Notes: generated by a model not told the origin, from the sequence alone. A stretch of 64,000 bases of DNA from Octopus sinensis (GCF_006345805.1 NC_043007.1:61690001-61754000); one strand, 5' to 3'. Positions 49,824-63,072 are shown, counted from the stretch's first letter. Made by a program: numbers and translations.

Positions 49824-50499
49824 GTGAGTAAGAATTTTGTTTGTTCCATGACCTTTGTCACTGTGGTAACTAGTGAAAGGAAATTTGAGCTATTATACCT
49901 GAATTCTCTTTGTGATATTCTCTATTGATGTATAAGGATGTACATGGAGTTCTAATTGTTTGGCAGTTTAAATTACAATATACTATACTGTACTATACTA
50001 TACCTACTATATATAGAACTGGATGGATGGACAGACAGACAGATGGACACACATCCACACACAAACACACACACACACATATGCACAGACACACATAGAT
50101 AGATTGCTGGATATACATATTATTATTAGGCAGTGAGCTGGCAGAAACGTCAGCACACTGGGCAAGATACTTTCATCTGTCTTTGTCCGGTCAAAGATTC
50201 AAAACCATGATCTTGCAATTGTGAGTTCCACATATTAATCACTAGGCTAGGGTGTTGTATTATTTTTGTCATTTAAAAACACAGAAAAGATAAAACAGTT
50301 AAATTCGCTTTTCATTTGTCTTGAGATGTCAGAATTTTCAATAGAAGACCACGATCACAGGTTGACTCTGCTTTTCATCTTTTCAGGGTCGGTAAATCAA
50401 GTACCAGTTGCATACAGGGGTCGATCTAATTGACTGGCCCCTCCCCAAAAATTTCAGGCCTTATGCCTAGAGTAGAAAAGATTATTATTATTATTATTA

Positions 50500-50549
<50 letters not shown>

Positions 50550-50569
50550 TATTGTTATTATTATTATTA

Positions 50570-51124
50570 CGAAGTGGTATTAAAAGGTTTCCAGACTAGT
50601 TATGTTTAATGAGAAACAACTTATTTACCTAAGTTTTAACATCATCTCCTTTGAAATAGTACCCATTGTGCAGCAAGGAATCTAGCCTGAAAGTTATTTT
50701 CTTTAAACAAGTTGAGGACCTTCTGTGGTTTGCTCTGAATCTTGACAACAATGTTAAAACAGTGACCTTTGAGTTGCATTTCCATCATAGGGTAGAGATG
50801 GAAGGAAGTGATACCATGTTGTTTAGCAAGAAACTCATGAGCAAGGAGAGCTTGATGACAGGGTGCATTGTCATCACAAAGAATTCAATTCTTTGTGCTC
50901 CACATATCTCTTTTACTTGTTTCAGTCATTTGACTGTGGCCATGCTGGAGCACCTCCTTTAGTTGAGCAAATCGACCCCAGGACTTATTCTTTGTAAGCC
51001 TAGTACTTATTCTATTGGTCTCTTTTGCCAAACTGCTAAGTTACGGGGACGTAAACACACCACCATTGGTTGTCAAGCGATGTTGGGGGGACAAACACAG
51101 ACACACAAACATATATATACACAC

Positions 51125-51161
<37 letters not shown>

Positions 51162-51845
51162 ACGGGCTTCTTTCAGTTTCTGTCTACCAATTCCACTCAC
51201 TAGGCTTTGGTCAGCCTGAGGCTATAGTAGAAGACACTTGCCCAAGGTGCCACGCAGTGGGACTAAACCCAGAACCATGTGGTCGGTAAGCAAGCTACTT
51301 ACTACACAGCCACTCCTATGCCTATAAATCTGGTTGCTTTTGCTGAATGTCTCCTCTCAAACACTTCAAAATATTGTAGTAGAACTCTTGATTGACAATC
51401 TGGTCCTGGAGGATGAATTTTTGATGCACAATACCACATTTTCAATGATGACACTTGTGGCAGGTCTTCGAGATTGCTCATTGTTTTCCAGGATGTTGTT
51501 CCACTTTTGAAGTGCTCTTGCCACTTGAAACATTGCATACGACCCATTACCTCATTGTTGTAAGCTTGTTGAAACATGCTCAAAGTCTCTGTAGCAGACT
51601 TCTCAAGTTTAATGCAAAATTTCACATTGGCACTTTCTACTTGTCCATGACAAAATTGCAGACTACAGTATACATGTGATCACAAAAACACAAATTTAGC
51701 AACTTGTGAAGTAAACACAGCGATGTCACTCAGCATACTGCTTCATGAAGGTCACTTCTAACTCTTACTATGCATGCAACTGTATGCTGCCATCTGTTGG
51801 TGCACTACAGAATTAATCCGGAAACTTTTTTCTGATACCACCTCG
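50570..51845 (-). mobile_element. Decayed mariner with a nested SINE (about 50910-51322)
   Basis: TA-flanked related TIRs CGA(A/G)GTGGTAT. Transposase relics IKFCIKLEKSATET..Y..CFKW..FKSG and DNAPCH. Confidence 0.8.
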
Positions 51846-51864
51846 TATTATTATTATTATTATT

Positions 51865-52394
51865 GAGTGAGAGAGCAGTGCATGCCATCAAAGTGACACT
51901 GGGGTAAAATATATACCCATCATGACTACTGATAAGGCACATGCATCACAACCATATGTGCGCAACATGGTGATCTCATATCAAGATAAACAGCACATGA
52001 CCTTGCAGGTGGGGCCCAGTTAGAATTTTCTTCTGGTCGAGAAACCTATCCCACTCAAAAGGTCCCTGAATAAGGGTTGTTTAAGGATGTTGAACGAAAC
52101 ACCCGTGTTTTCCAGAGGTGAATTATTCAAACCCCAAAGAATCCCTCTCAACACATGGCTATGATTCTCCCCCACTACTTCTGCTCATGATCATAGATGC
52201 TCATATCGTCTGCCACTAAAGGACATGCTCAACAGGTTAAGGTCAAACAATTGACAAGCAAATCTGTGGTATTGAGCAGAATATTTGTTGTAGCCCATCT
52301 TTCATACCAAGACAAAACAATATACATGATAACACTTCCAATCAGTTAAGATCAGAAACCATGAGAGCCACTGCCTGGTACTGCATCAAGGCAT
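51865..52394. mobile_element. Non-coding element of about 530 bp bounded by (TAA)n on both sides
   Basis: Unique GC-richer block between (ATT)n at 51846-64 and 52395-470. No ORF or TIR seen. Family unassigned. Confidence 0.5.
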
Positions 52395-52470
52395 TTATTA
52401 TTATTATTATTATCATTATTATTATTATTATTATTATCATTATTATTATTATTATCATTATTATTATTAT

Positions 52471-55020
52471 CCTATGTTTGACTTTTGCTTTATGTCTGTA
52501 ACAGGTTGGAAGTTCATGTTGTTGTTATGCATAGTGTGCCATATATTTGGGTTTTTTTTGGTGTTGTACTAGTGAATGTCTAATACATAAAAAGAAAAAA
52601 GAAAAAAAAAGTTTGTTTTAAACCTTGGGATTACATAGAGAGTATTTTGCGTAGGATATGAGCAGTTCCCATGAGCACTATCTTTTGAATTTCTGCCATT
52701 TTGGGGTTTCCTGGTATCTGAGTTAGGTAGCAATCAGTCCCTTTCACTATCATTCCCAGGGCACCTATGACAACAGGTATTGTTTTAGTCTTCAGCTTCC
52801 ACATTTTGCTGATTTCTATTTCAAGATCTTTATATTTGCTCAGTTTTTGGTAGGTCTTGACAGATACGTTTATATCGATTGGGACAGTCATATCAATGAG
52901 GAGGCATGTTCTTTGTCTGAAGTCTTTCAATATGATGTCTGGCCTATTTGCATCTATCTTTCTGTCAGTTTGAATGGTGAAGTTCCAGAGGAGTGAGATG
53001 TGGTCATTTTCAAGCACTGGATGTGGATTGTGTTCCCACCAGTTTTTTTCATGGGGCAAATCCAGGTTTTTGCAAATTACCCAGTGAATATATTGTGCAG
53101 CTCTATCATGCCTGTTGAGGTACTCTGTAGGCGCTAGAAGACTGCATTTGGAGACAACATGATCAATGGTTTCATTTTGTTGTCGGCATACACGACATGT
53201 TGGGCTACTGCCGTTCTTTAATATGTTGGCCTGGTAGTTTCTTGTTGGTAGGCATTGATCTTGAGATGCTATGATAAACCCCTCTGTTTCAGATTTTAAG
53301 CCAGAGGCCATTAGCCATTGATGGGTCAGGGCTTTGTCAATATCTGCATTATTCGCTCTCTTTGGGTATTTGCCATAGAGAGGTTTTTCTTGCCATTTAT
53401 TATTCAGAATATCTAAGGCCACAGTTTTGACACGGGTTTTCATGCGCCTAGCTTTTTCTGTGCTTGTTTCTTGTATGTCTATCTCTAATTCCGAAATTGG
53501 TTGTATTCGGAATTCACTTAGATATCCCTTTGCCTGTTTTGTTACTGAGTATGATGCTTTCTTGTTTTCATGTTTTGAGACAAGTTTTAACATCCAGTCC
53601 TCAGACTTTTTCAAGTAGGTGTCTAGGCCAATTGTAGCAATCTTCATTGTTATTGCCAGTTGCAAAAGACCATGGCCTCCCTCTTTTCTTGGCAGATAAA
53701 GTCGTTCTGTATCTGCCTTAGGGTGGTGCATTCTATACATTGTCAACAGTTTTCTTATTTTTCTGTCGAGCTGACATATTTCAGTAATTGACCAGTTAAC
53801 GATATTGAAACTGTAAGTCACGACTGGTATGGCCAATGCATTGATCGCTTCGATCCTGTTTCTTGCATTCAGCTCTGTCTTGAGTATTGCTCTCACTCAT
53901 TGATAGCATTCTCTCCTGATCCTTTCCTTCATCTCTTATTCCGTTCCCTTCAATTACCCCTAGGTACTTGTAGCTCTCCGCTGGGTCTAGTTCTTTTATG
54001 ACATTCTGCTGGTCAAGGTTAACGTTAGACGTTTCTGTCATTTTTCCTTTGATAAAGGTAGCTTTTGCACATTTATCGAGGCCGAATTGCATTCTGATGT
54101 CGTCACTGAATTGTTTGACTATCGCTAGTAAGCCCTTGAGTTGTTGGTAATTTTTTGCAAAGAGCTTTAAATCATCCATGTAAATGAGATGATTTATATT
54201 TTTATCAAACATTTTATACCCGTACTGCGTGTCATTGAGCAGTTTTGAGAGAGGTATTAAGGCTAAACAAAAGAGGAGTGGTGACAGTGAGTCACCCTGG
54301 AAAATGCCACATGAAATTTTTACATCACCAGCATTTAGGGATTCATTGTCACTGTTCAAAGTTAGTGTGGTTCTCCATGATCTCATACTTACAGTCAAAA
54401 AGTTTCACAGAGTAGGTGCTATCTTATACATTTCCAGGCATTTCCTAATCCAGCTATGTGGTAGGCTATCAAAAGCCTTTTTATAGTCTATCCAGGCTAT
54501 TGATAAGTTTTTGTGTCGTTTGTGACAATCTTCTAAGATCATCTTATTGATGAGTAGTTGATCTTTACAGCCGTAGGATCCACGTTTACATCCTTTCTGT
54601 TCATTAGGGAATATGCTGTTGTCTGTTAAAAAACTATATGTATATTCTGTCAGGACAGATGTTAGCGTTTTCTACATAGTTGTTAAGCAGGTTATGGGTC
54701 TATAGTTTTTTGGTTCATTTGTTTCTTCACTTTTTGGAAGCAGGAATGTTAACCCATTAACTAGCCAAGGAGGCATCCTACTAGGGTGTTGCAAAACATC
54801 ATTGTACAGTTCTGTTAGCAGTTCATGGCTCTCTGGGAAGGCATTCAGCCAAGGAATTTTATCCTTTCCTGGAGACTTCCATTTGCTTGACCTCCTGAGA
54901 GCAGATCTTATATCTTCTACCTTGACACCCTCCTACTTTTGCTCTTCTAAGGGGTCCAGTTCTGTAGTTATTCTGTCAATCCAGGGGGCCTTTTCGTTGT
55001 GTGTTTTTTCTTCTGCCCAA
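52471..55020 (-). mobile_element. R4/Dong-clade non-LTR retrotransposon (RT, CCHC and restriction-like endonuclease), 5'-truncated, in (TAA)n
   Basis: NYRPITCL, GIFQGDSLSPLLF, YMDDLKL, RLYLPRKEGG, CRVC..ETIDHVVSKC, RHD, NRPDII..LLIDMTVP..K..KY. (ATT)n tracts on both sides. Confidence 0.9.
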
Positions 55021-55048
55021 ATTATTATTATTATTGTTATTATTATTA

Positions 55049-55094
<46 letters not shown>

Positions 55095-55890
55095 ATTATT
55101 ATTATTATTATTTCTCTTCATCACAGGTTTTGTTGGAGCTCCTGGAGTCTTGCATACATAATGGGTTTGCTACCTGCAGCCTACAGTACCATACTATTCA
55201 TTCTTTTCAGCTATCTGATACTTGCCTGATTATTTTGGCCGTGTATTATTATTATTATTATTATTATTTTGCTTAGGCATAACAATACTAACAACCTGGT
55301 CTTACAATGTTACAACTCGATATACATATGCTTCAGAACAAAGTATCAGCTGAGTACAGAGCAGTAAGAAATAAAAATAACAACTGAAAAGAAATTATGT
55401 CATGAACTTCATTAACTTACAGCTGCTTCTGCCATAAGATGCAGTGCCCTCATAGTTGAATGCTTGTGTATATAGCTTCATTGGAGCTGAAAACATGAAG
55501 TGCAATTTTATTTGAGAAAGCATTTACATTTATTTATACATACACAGCAAATCATTACCAACAAAAAAGCATAAACATATTAGGAAATGAATTCAGGAGT
55601 TTAATATTTAAAAACCTGATGGCTAACATTTAATAACAGAATTACAGAGCGGGGGACACTAAGCAGCAATAATAACATTGCAATTAGTAACAGAGTTTTT
55701 AACCTCTCTTCCTCTAAAGAAATTTCCAAGAAGGCAGCCCCATACTACACCAGTGCTCTAGCCAATAGTGGTTTTAAGGATAACTTAATATATTACCTCT
55801 CTAATATTAATAAGAATAATAATAATAATAAACTTAAAAATAAACCTAGGAAAATAATTTGGTTGCTCCCCCCACTTTCCCTTTGTGTGA

Positions 55891-56340
55891 GACCCAGAAA
55901 CCTGTCCGCTTGACCAGGAATGTATGATTAAATCCATAATATATGAGGCAGAAGCTACAGCAACACCAGATGATAACATAACCAGTAAGAAGAGCTATAC
56001 TGGACTATGTGAAAGCAAATTAAAAAATCGCTATGCTAATCACATATCTTCCTTCTAACACAGGGACAAAAGTGAAGCTACTAAGTTGGCTAGCCACGTA
56101 TGGGATTTGAAGTTGAGTACCATACCACATACAATAAAACGATAAATAATCAAAAAACCCATACCATATGTTAATTGATCAAAAAAAGTTAAGCTTTGCA
56201 TAGCTTAAAGAACTCAGATCCTTTTCAGATCTAAGAAATCTGACACACTACTGAGTTCTAGATCCAAAATTTTCAGCAGTTGTAAGCATATAACTAAGTT
56301 CCTGTTGACAAATTGGAAATTGCCACCTTCTCCAGATTGA
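55891..56340 (+). mobile_element. Penelope-like GIY-YIG endonuclease pseudogene with Cys-rich linker (Neptune-like)
   Basis: In-frame reading with 4 stops: PETCPLDQECMIKSIIYEAEA...KSYTGLCESKLKNRYANHISSF*H...TKLASHVWDLK...KLCIA*R...LLSSRSKIFSSCKHITKFLL. Confidence 0.8.
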
Positions 56341-56844
56341 ACAGCTGTACAACAGACTCCAAGCCACTATCTTTTCAGCCTTGTATTTTATGTTCAAAGG
56401 GGAGATAACTATAATTCTCCCTCCTCACTTTTGCTTCTTACTATTTTCTTTTTCATTTTCTAGTTTTTCATACTTCCACCTTTTTATCTACTTCTTTCTT
56501 GCCTTTTCTCACTTTTTCTCTCATCCTATCATTCCATTTTAGTTTGTTATGTCATGTGAGCAGTGCCAGATGTGTTAAAAAATAATGTCTAACATGCTCA
56601 CATCACATGAAACTAACAGTAGCACATAAAAACATATTGTGTTTATTAAATAACATTTATCACTCACTAGATGGATGACTTTTCTTGTTGATTTTACCAT
56701 CACAGAACAATACACTATATATACATATATGTATATGCATGTATATATAATCTTTATGTATGTGTGTGTGCATAGTATATAATGTAATATATATATTTGA
56801 TAAATTTAATTCTTAAACCATCTCATTTGCTTTTGATTCTGCAG

Positions 56845-57005
56845 TGTCTTTTCAGTAGAGTGATATTCAAGATTGATGAAAAATGTAAAGAATATGTCCA
56901 TAATGTCTTGCTAACAGTAGCCAAATTGAATGCAAAACAACTTGGTTTTGATAATCTTGTAGAGCATGTCATGGTTTCAGTCCTGTCAACATACATTTTA
57001 AGCAG
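56845..57005 (+). CDS. CFAP92: CFAP92-like exon 13 (CLFSRVIFKID...LNAKQLGFD...VLSTYILS)
   Basis: ttctgcag acceptor, CAG|gtagag donor, 161 nt, phase 0 to 2. Confidence 0.9.
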
Positions 57006-57136
57006 GTAGAGAAATATGTACATTTAATCTCTGATTCTTAATAGGGGTGCTGTTGGCTCTATGTTAATGAGTTTTTTTTTAAAATTTTAAATATATTTTG
57101 GTGTGTTTGTGTTTTATATATTTTATATACAGTATA

Positions 57137-57170
<34 letters not shown>

Positions 57171-57177
<7 letters not shown>

Positions 57178-57634
57178 ATGCCACATACTTAATGTATCTG
57201 TGTTGTTTAAAAGCCAGAAGTTGTGATTTGTTGTGAAGGAAAATATCCCTTTAAACATGTACAGTGTTAAAGACTAAAATATACTTCAGAACTAAGTGTA
57301 CCAAAATCACCCTGAAGGTGATCAAGGAAGCAGTAAAAATATATGCCATTGTATTTGCAGCTTATCAGTACTGTGCACTTGAGTCACTTCTGAAATGAAA
57401 TTGAAATCTCTTGCCTGAAGTATATACAGATAGTGTAAAAACTTGCAATGTTGCTGCACAATTAGAATTCAAATTATGCAACTGAAGCAAACATGTAGTG
57501 TTTAAACATCAGAAGCTGCAGTTTGTTGTCCAGGAAAAATCTCTTCAGTAATGTATAATGTTAAAAACACAATGCAAACTGCAGCTTCTGGTGTTTAAAC
57601 AACACACTTATATTAAGTAGGTGGTATTGGTAAT
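57171..57634. mobile_element. MITE with TIRs of about 60 bp and an internal partial TIR copy (about 57499-57525)
   Basis: ATTACCAATGCCACATACTTAA..GTTTAAA..CAGAAG is mirrored at 57575-57634. Confidence 0.6.
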
Positions 57635-57680
57635 GCTTACATTGAAGAGTTGTTTCAGTTGCATAGTCCTAATCAGTATA

Positions 57681-58193
57681 CAGGATGTCCCAGAACTAAC
57701 AAGCAATTTCGGTGAAATTGGATAATGTTTTTAAAAACGCACTTATATTTCTGTTTATCATGTTTAATTATGTGTCAACGTGTTTATATTTTTAATTTTA
57801 TTCATGATTTTATAATTTTATTTTTATTCCTGTTGGATCCCATCTATCTGTTCATGACATTTTTTTTTTTCAATTTGGCTGCAATTATTTTCTCTACCTC
57901 CACCCCCAGGTTGGAACAATAGTTTAGCTAAACTTAACACATTCAGTTAGCAAGTGCAGGAAATAACCCTGAAATGCTTCAAAATGTGTTTCACAACACT
58001 AAGGATGCATTTGAAATTTGCAGTGTTACAGACAAAGCACATGTTTAAAATTTTCAATAAATTTTTGACATAAGATTTATAAATCTATTTGTTTTGGTGT
58101 CATAATTAACAAATAAGTATAAAATTCTATTAGTTTTTGTTTTTAAATTTGCTTGATTTCATTGAAATAGATAATTAATTCTGGGATACCCTG
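57681..58193. mobile_element. Tc1/mariner-type MITE
   Basis: TA|CAGGATGTCCCAGAA...TTCTGGGATACCCTG|TA. Confidence 0.7.
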
Positions 58194-58774
58194 TATTTTA
58201 TATACTTAAAAAAAATACTTTTTTTATATTGCAATGTGTTTCTTTTTAGCATTTTAGATATATCAAAAAAATACTGTTATTTATTTCATTGCCATTAATA
58301 AATAACGGTGATAATCCACTAGTTGTTATGTTAAAATGTAAAATTGTAGGTTTTATCTGATGATGTGGAGCAGTAGGTGCTATAATAATGAATTTATTGT
58401 ATACAGCGCTCTGGTGGTCCCATCAAATAAAACTGAAAACATTATTTCGATATGGAAAATTAAGTGCTAAAACGATGATGATGATAACAACAGCAACAGT
58501 AGCAATGATAGTAGTGGTAGAGTTGGTGACACTGACAATGATGATAATGGAGGGAGAGGAGGAGGAGCAGGAGAAGGAACTATAGTTTTGACCTTGTTAC
58601 CAGAAGGTGTTGAATTAATTGCAGCATGTTGATTTTAGAATCTGAAATTGTAGTTTTGATTTTGATATGTAAAAACTATATGCATGAAACTTTGTCTGTA
58701 TGTATGTGTGTGTGTGTGCGTGTGTGTGTATACATATATATATATATATATATTTATTTATTTATTTATTTATA

Positions 58775-59818
58775 CAGGGTGCATAAGGTATTTGAGGACA
58801 TACCTTTTTTGGGTCATTGCTGCATTTTTTGCTAACTTTGTATAATCTTTGTTTCAGAAAATAATAATGGCAGACCCTCAGCTTGCTCAAGAAATGAAGA
58901 GGCATGCTGTTATTGTGGGTATAAAGACTGGGAATAGTGATTTAGAAATATCTTGCATTTTAAAAGTTACCAGATCTTTCGTCTACAAAATTTGCAAGTA
59001 GCTAGAGACTGAAGATGGAAATGTATCACCAGCATGAAAAGCGTTTTAAATGCTCTGAAATAATCAGAACACTTGAGTAATGTCTAGCAAGTTCAACAGA
59101 CCATTGATTACAATGCCAGAAAGCCCATGTGAGGTTAACTGAAAAGATCTTCATTTGTCAGAAGGAACAGTCAGAAATGCTGTCCATGAAGACATCAGCT
59201 ATAAGTCTTATATGATGAGGAAAGGTCAATTTGTTAGAAAAAGCAAAAGAGAATCACTACATCAGATCTAAAAGGCTTTTAAACAAACTGAAAAATCCAG
59301 CAGAAGATTTGATTTTAAGGTCCTGGAAATAATTGTTAAGCCCTGGATGGACACTGTATGCGGTGGAAGGCCACATGTGTTTCAGTAAGACTCTGCACTA
59401 TCACACATGGCTCTAGTAACACAGGAATGGATGGCTGAAAATTTTCATGATCACATAACCCCTAACATTTGGCCTCCTAATTCCCCAGATCTCAATCCAT
59501 TGGACTATTACATGTGGAGCATTGTTGAGAGAGAGGTCAATGAACATGTCCACAATGTCAAAGATTCTATGAAAGCTGCCATAGTCAGAGTAATGTCCAA
59601 AATGAACCAGGACCACTTGATTTGAGCATGTAGATGATTTAGATCTCATATAAAAGCAGTTGTTGAAGCTGAAGATGACTTTATTGAATAACATTATAGA
59701 AAAGAAAGTTTATTTTTATACACATAGCATTTTTTGATAAGTAAAGTTACCTGTTATTATATATCTGTTTTTTTTTTTTATAAACATAAATCTGTCCTCA
59801 AATATCTTATGCACCCTG
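58775..59818 (+). mobile_element. Internally deleted Tc1/mariner transposon
   Basis: 26-bp TIRs CAGGGTGCATAAG(G/A)TATTTGAGGACA, TA at the left end. Relic transposase MADPQLAQEMKRHAVIV and WPPNSPDLNPLDY. Confidence 0.9.
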
Positions 59819-61753
59819 TGTATATAGCTTATGTTAGCCTGGGGCTATTGTAGAAAGCACTTGCCCAAGGTGCTACACAGTGGGACTGAACCTGCAACCA
59901 TATGGTTGGGAATGTTTGAGAAGTTTACCTCCAAATCATGAGGTTTTGGGTTCAATTCCACTATGTAGCATCTTGAGCAAGAGACTTATTCTAGAATTGA
60001 CCCAAGCTTTGTGATTGAAACTGGATTGACAGAAAGTGTGCAGAAGCTTGTTTGAGGATTGTACCTTAACCCTTTTGATACCAACCTGACTGAAACCTCC
60101 CCTGATTCTATTACACAAATTCCCCATTTTTAAGTCTAAATTAAAACCTTTCATCAAAGTTTTATGGTATTTTTATGGTAATTTTTGTTCCAAATATCAG
60201 ATTAATAATGATATAGTTACTTTGCTAAATTTTTCATTATTTATAAAATTTGTTGAATCAAAGGCAGTGTATTTCAATGGAAATATGGTAACAAAAGGGC
60301 AAAAGTGTTAATTTAAAGTTCAGATTTGTCATACTGTATCTTGCTGATTCTACCTAAGAATTATTCTAAGGGAACTTACTGTATCAGCCAATCACACACA
60401 AATTCAATGGACAGGAGATCAGTTGAAAAAAAAATGAGTATTCATATCTGAAACCCATGCAGATTCAGTTACTTTTCTCCAGAAAACCCTATAGATATTA
60501 CTATATACAGTCCCACCTACTCTTATATAATGCAAGGTAGTCATGTACATGGGTGGGCCAAAAATCCCACACTAGAATATTTGACATTTATATAACCAGA
60601 GTCAATAAATTAAGTACCAGTGAAACACTGGAGTCGATGTAAATGACTATCCCCCTCCCCCATAATTCCAGGCCTTGGGCCTATGGTAGACAGGGTTATT
60701 ATTATTATTATTATTATGATTCATTTGTTCATCTTGTACAAAGGTGTAGGAGTGGCTGTGTGGTAAATAGCTTGCTTATCAACCACATGGTTCCGGGTTC
60801 AGTCCCACTGCGTGGCACCTTGGGCAAGTGTCTTCTACTATAGCCTTGGGCTGACCAAAGCCTTGTGAGTGGATTTGGTAGACGGAAACTGAAAGAAGCC
60901 CATAGTATATATGTATGTGTGTGTGTTTGTGTGTCTGTGTTTGTCTCCTCATCATCGCTTGACAACCATTGGTGGTGTGTTTACGTCCCTGTAACTTAGC
61001 AGTTTGGCAAAAGAGACCAATAGAATAAGTACTAGGCTTACAAAGAATAAATCCTGGGTGGATTTGCTCCACTAAAGTTGGTGCTCCAGCATTGCCACTG
61101 TCAAATGACTCAAACAAGTAAAAGAGTAAAAGAGCATGTGTGTATTCATCATTATTTTACTTATTTTATACAACTTAAAAAAATAATTGAAGCATGTCCT
61201 TAACAATGCTAGAGCATATTGCCTTCCGCTTTACTATAGTTCCACTTATTTGAATGTAGGGGAGGGAATCTTTGCATTGTGAACCACATAGTACTGAGTC
61301 AGTGTATAATAATTTAAAGCCATTCAAAATAAGCAGAAAGTCATGGTTTATGTATACAATAACTTCATTATTATTACTACTGTTGTAAGGCAGGGATCTG
61401 GCAGAATTGTTAGCAGACTAGGCAAAATGCTTAATGGTGTTTTGTCTGTCTTTACATTCTGAGTTCAAATTCTACTGAGGTCGACTTTGCCTTTCATCCT
61501 TTTGGGGGTCAATAAATTAAGAACCAGTTATGCACTGGAGTTGAAGTAATTGACTAGTCTCCTCCCCTAATATTTCAGGCCTTGTGCCTTTAATAGAAAG
61601 GATTATTACTACTGTTGTGGCTACTTAAAGACAATGATCTAACTACATAGTTTCCTCAATTCATACAAAGGCAAAACGTAAAACTAATATAAATTCTTTA
61701 CACATCCTGAATTTTAGCAAATTACAATATTCATTTTTTTCTTTTTAATGCAG

Positions 61754-61896
61754 CCAACAACTAGCTGATCGTACATTAGACATAATCACAGGGTTCCATT
61801 TCGTAGACCAAAATCTGCACTTAATTGTAATTGAAGGACTCCAGACCAAAGCTCTTGCTCAAATGATTAAAATATTTAATCATGTAGAAGTTGAAG
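61754..61896 (+). CDS. CFAP92: CFAP92-like exon 14 (QQLADRTLDIITGFHFVDQNLHLIVIEGLQ...HVEVE)
   Basis: tttttaatgcag acceptor, gtaaga donor, 143 nt, phase 2 to 1. No stop codon is reached, so the gene continues. Confidence 0.9.
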
Positions 61897-62245
61897 GTAA
61901 GACTCTACTGACACATTCTTTATATCTTTTATCTTTTTCTTCTTTCAGTCATTTTAGACTGTGGCCATGCTGGGGCACTGCTATGAAGAATTTTATGTGA
62001 ATGAATTAACCCCAGTACTTATTTTTATTTTATTTTAAGCCTGGTATTTATTCTACTGGTCTCTTTTTGCCAAACTACTAAGTTACAAGGATGAAAACAC
62101 AAGTGGTGGTGGTGGTGGAGGACAAACATAAACACACTTACACACATAAATATATACATATATATATGTATATGTATAGGTGTATGTGTATACATGCATA
62201 TGTATAGATATATATATATATATGTATATATGCATATACACATAA

Positions 62246-62762
62246 ACCAAAAAAGGGGTATAAGAACTTGCTGAAGGCTTCCTTAAGAGATTCTTGCATC
62301 TCTCCTGACACATGGGAAGGCATAGCTATTGATCGTAGCAGGTGGAGAAGGATTGTGCATGAGGGGACAGCCACTTTTGAGAAATCTCGAGTTACACATG
62401 AGAAAGTAAGGAGGGATGTCAGGAAGGGCATCGCTGTTACACTTCCAGAAGGGAAGGGTCTTCCTTTGGTGCTGACATGCAATGTCTGTGCAAGACCCTG
62501 CCTCAGTAAAGCTGGACTCAAGAGTCATCTTCGTAGTCATAAAACGAGACAGATAAGTGACAACCTGGCCACTGGTGGTGGTGTAACACACCATGCTAAT
62601 CATATCTGTCGGGCATGTGGAAGAGAGTGTAATTTGGCTGGAGGACTTAAACGACATGCAAAGGTACATGAAGCCCAGTTACAACTACAGCCAGCTATTA
62701 CCAGTAAAGGTTTTAGGTGTCAATTTTGTACAAGACATTGTAGATCTTTAGCTGGGCTAAAA
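62246..62762 (+). mobile_element. RTE-BovB-like LINE C-terminal fragment with tandem C2H2-type zinc fingers
   Basis: KPKKGYKNLLKASL..WEGIAIDRSRWRRIVHEG...CNVCARPCLSKAGLKSHLRSH...CRACGRECNLAGGLKRHAKVH...CQFCTRHCRSLAGLK. Open frame, (TA)n on both sides. Confidence 0.75.
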
Positions 62763-62984
62763 GTATATATACATCTTTATATATATATATATGTGTTTGT
62801 GTGTGTGTTTCAGCATGGCACGGAAAAATAAATAAATAGTTACCAGGGTAGCAAAAATTTATGCAAGTACCAAGGATGTAACAGCCTACTTATAAAGGTA
62901 GAAACTCCAGGTTTAGGTGAAATGTTTTTTTATAATATAGATAAATAAATAGAGTTAAACACAGGTGTTATTCAAATCTTTTTA

Positions 62985-63072
62985 TCTCCAACATATGTTT
63001 CGAAGAAAACATTGATATTATTCCAGAAGGAATAAAATGGTGTAAAACAATGCAACCTTCTTATCAGAGAAA
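62985..63072 (-). ncRNA. Hammerhead motif with long stem II (G8A substitution) in a PLE 3' repeat
   Basis: TTTCT-CTGATAA-GAAG..CATTG..TTATTCC-TTCT-GGAATAA..CAATG..CTTC-GAAA-CATATG-T-T-GGAGA. Confidence 0.65.
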
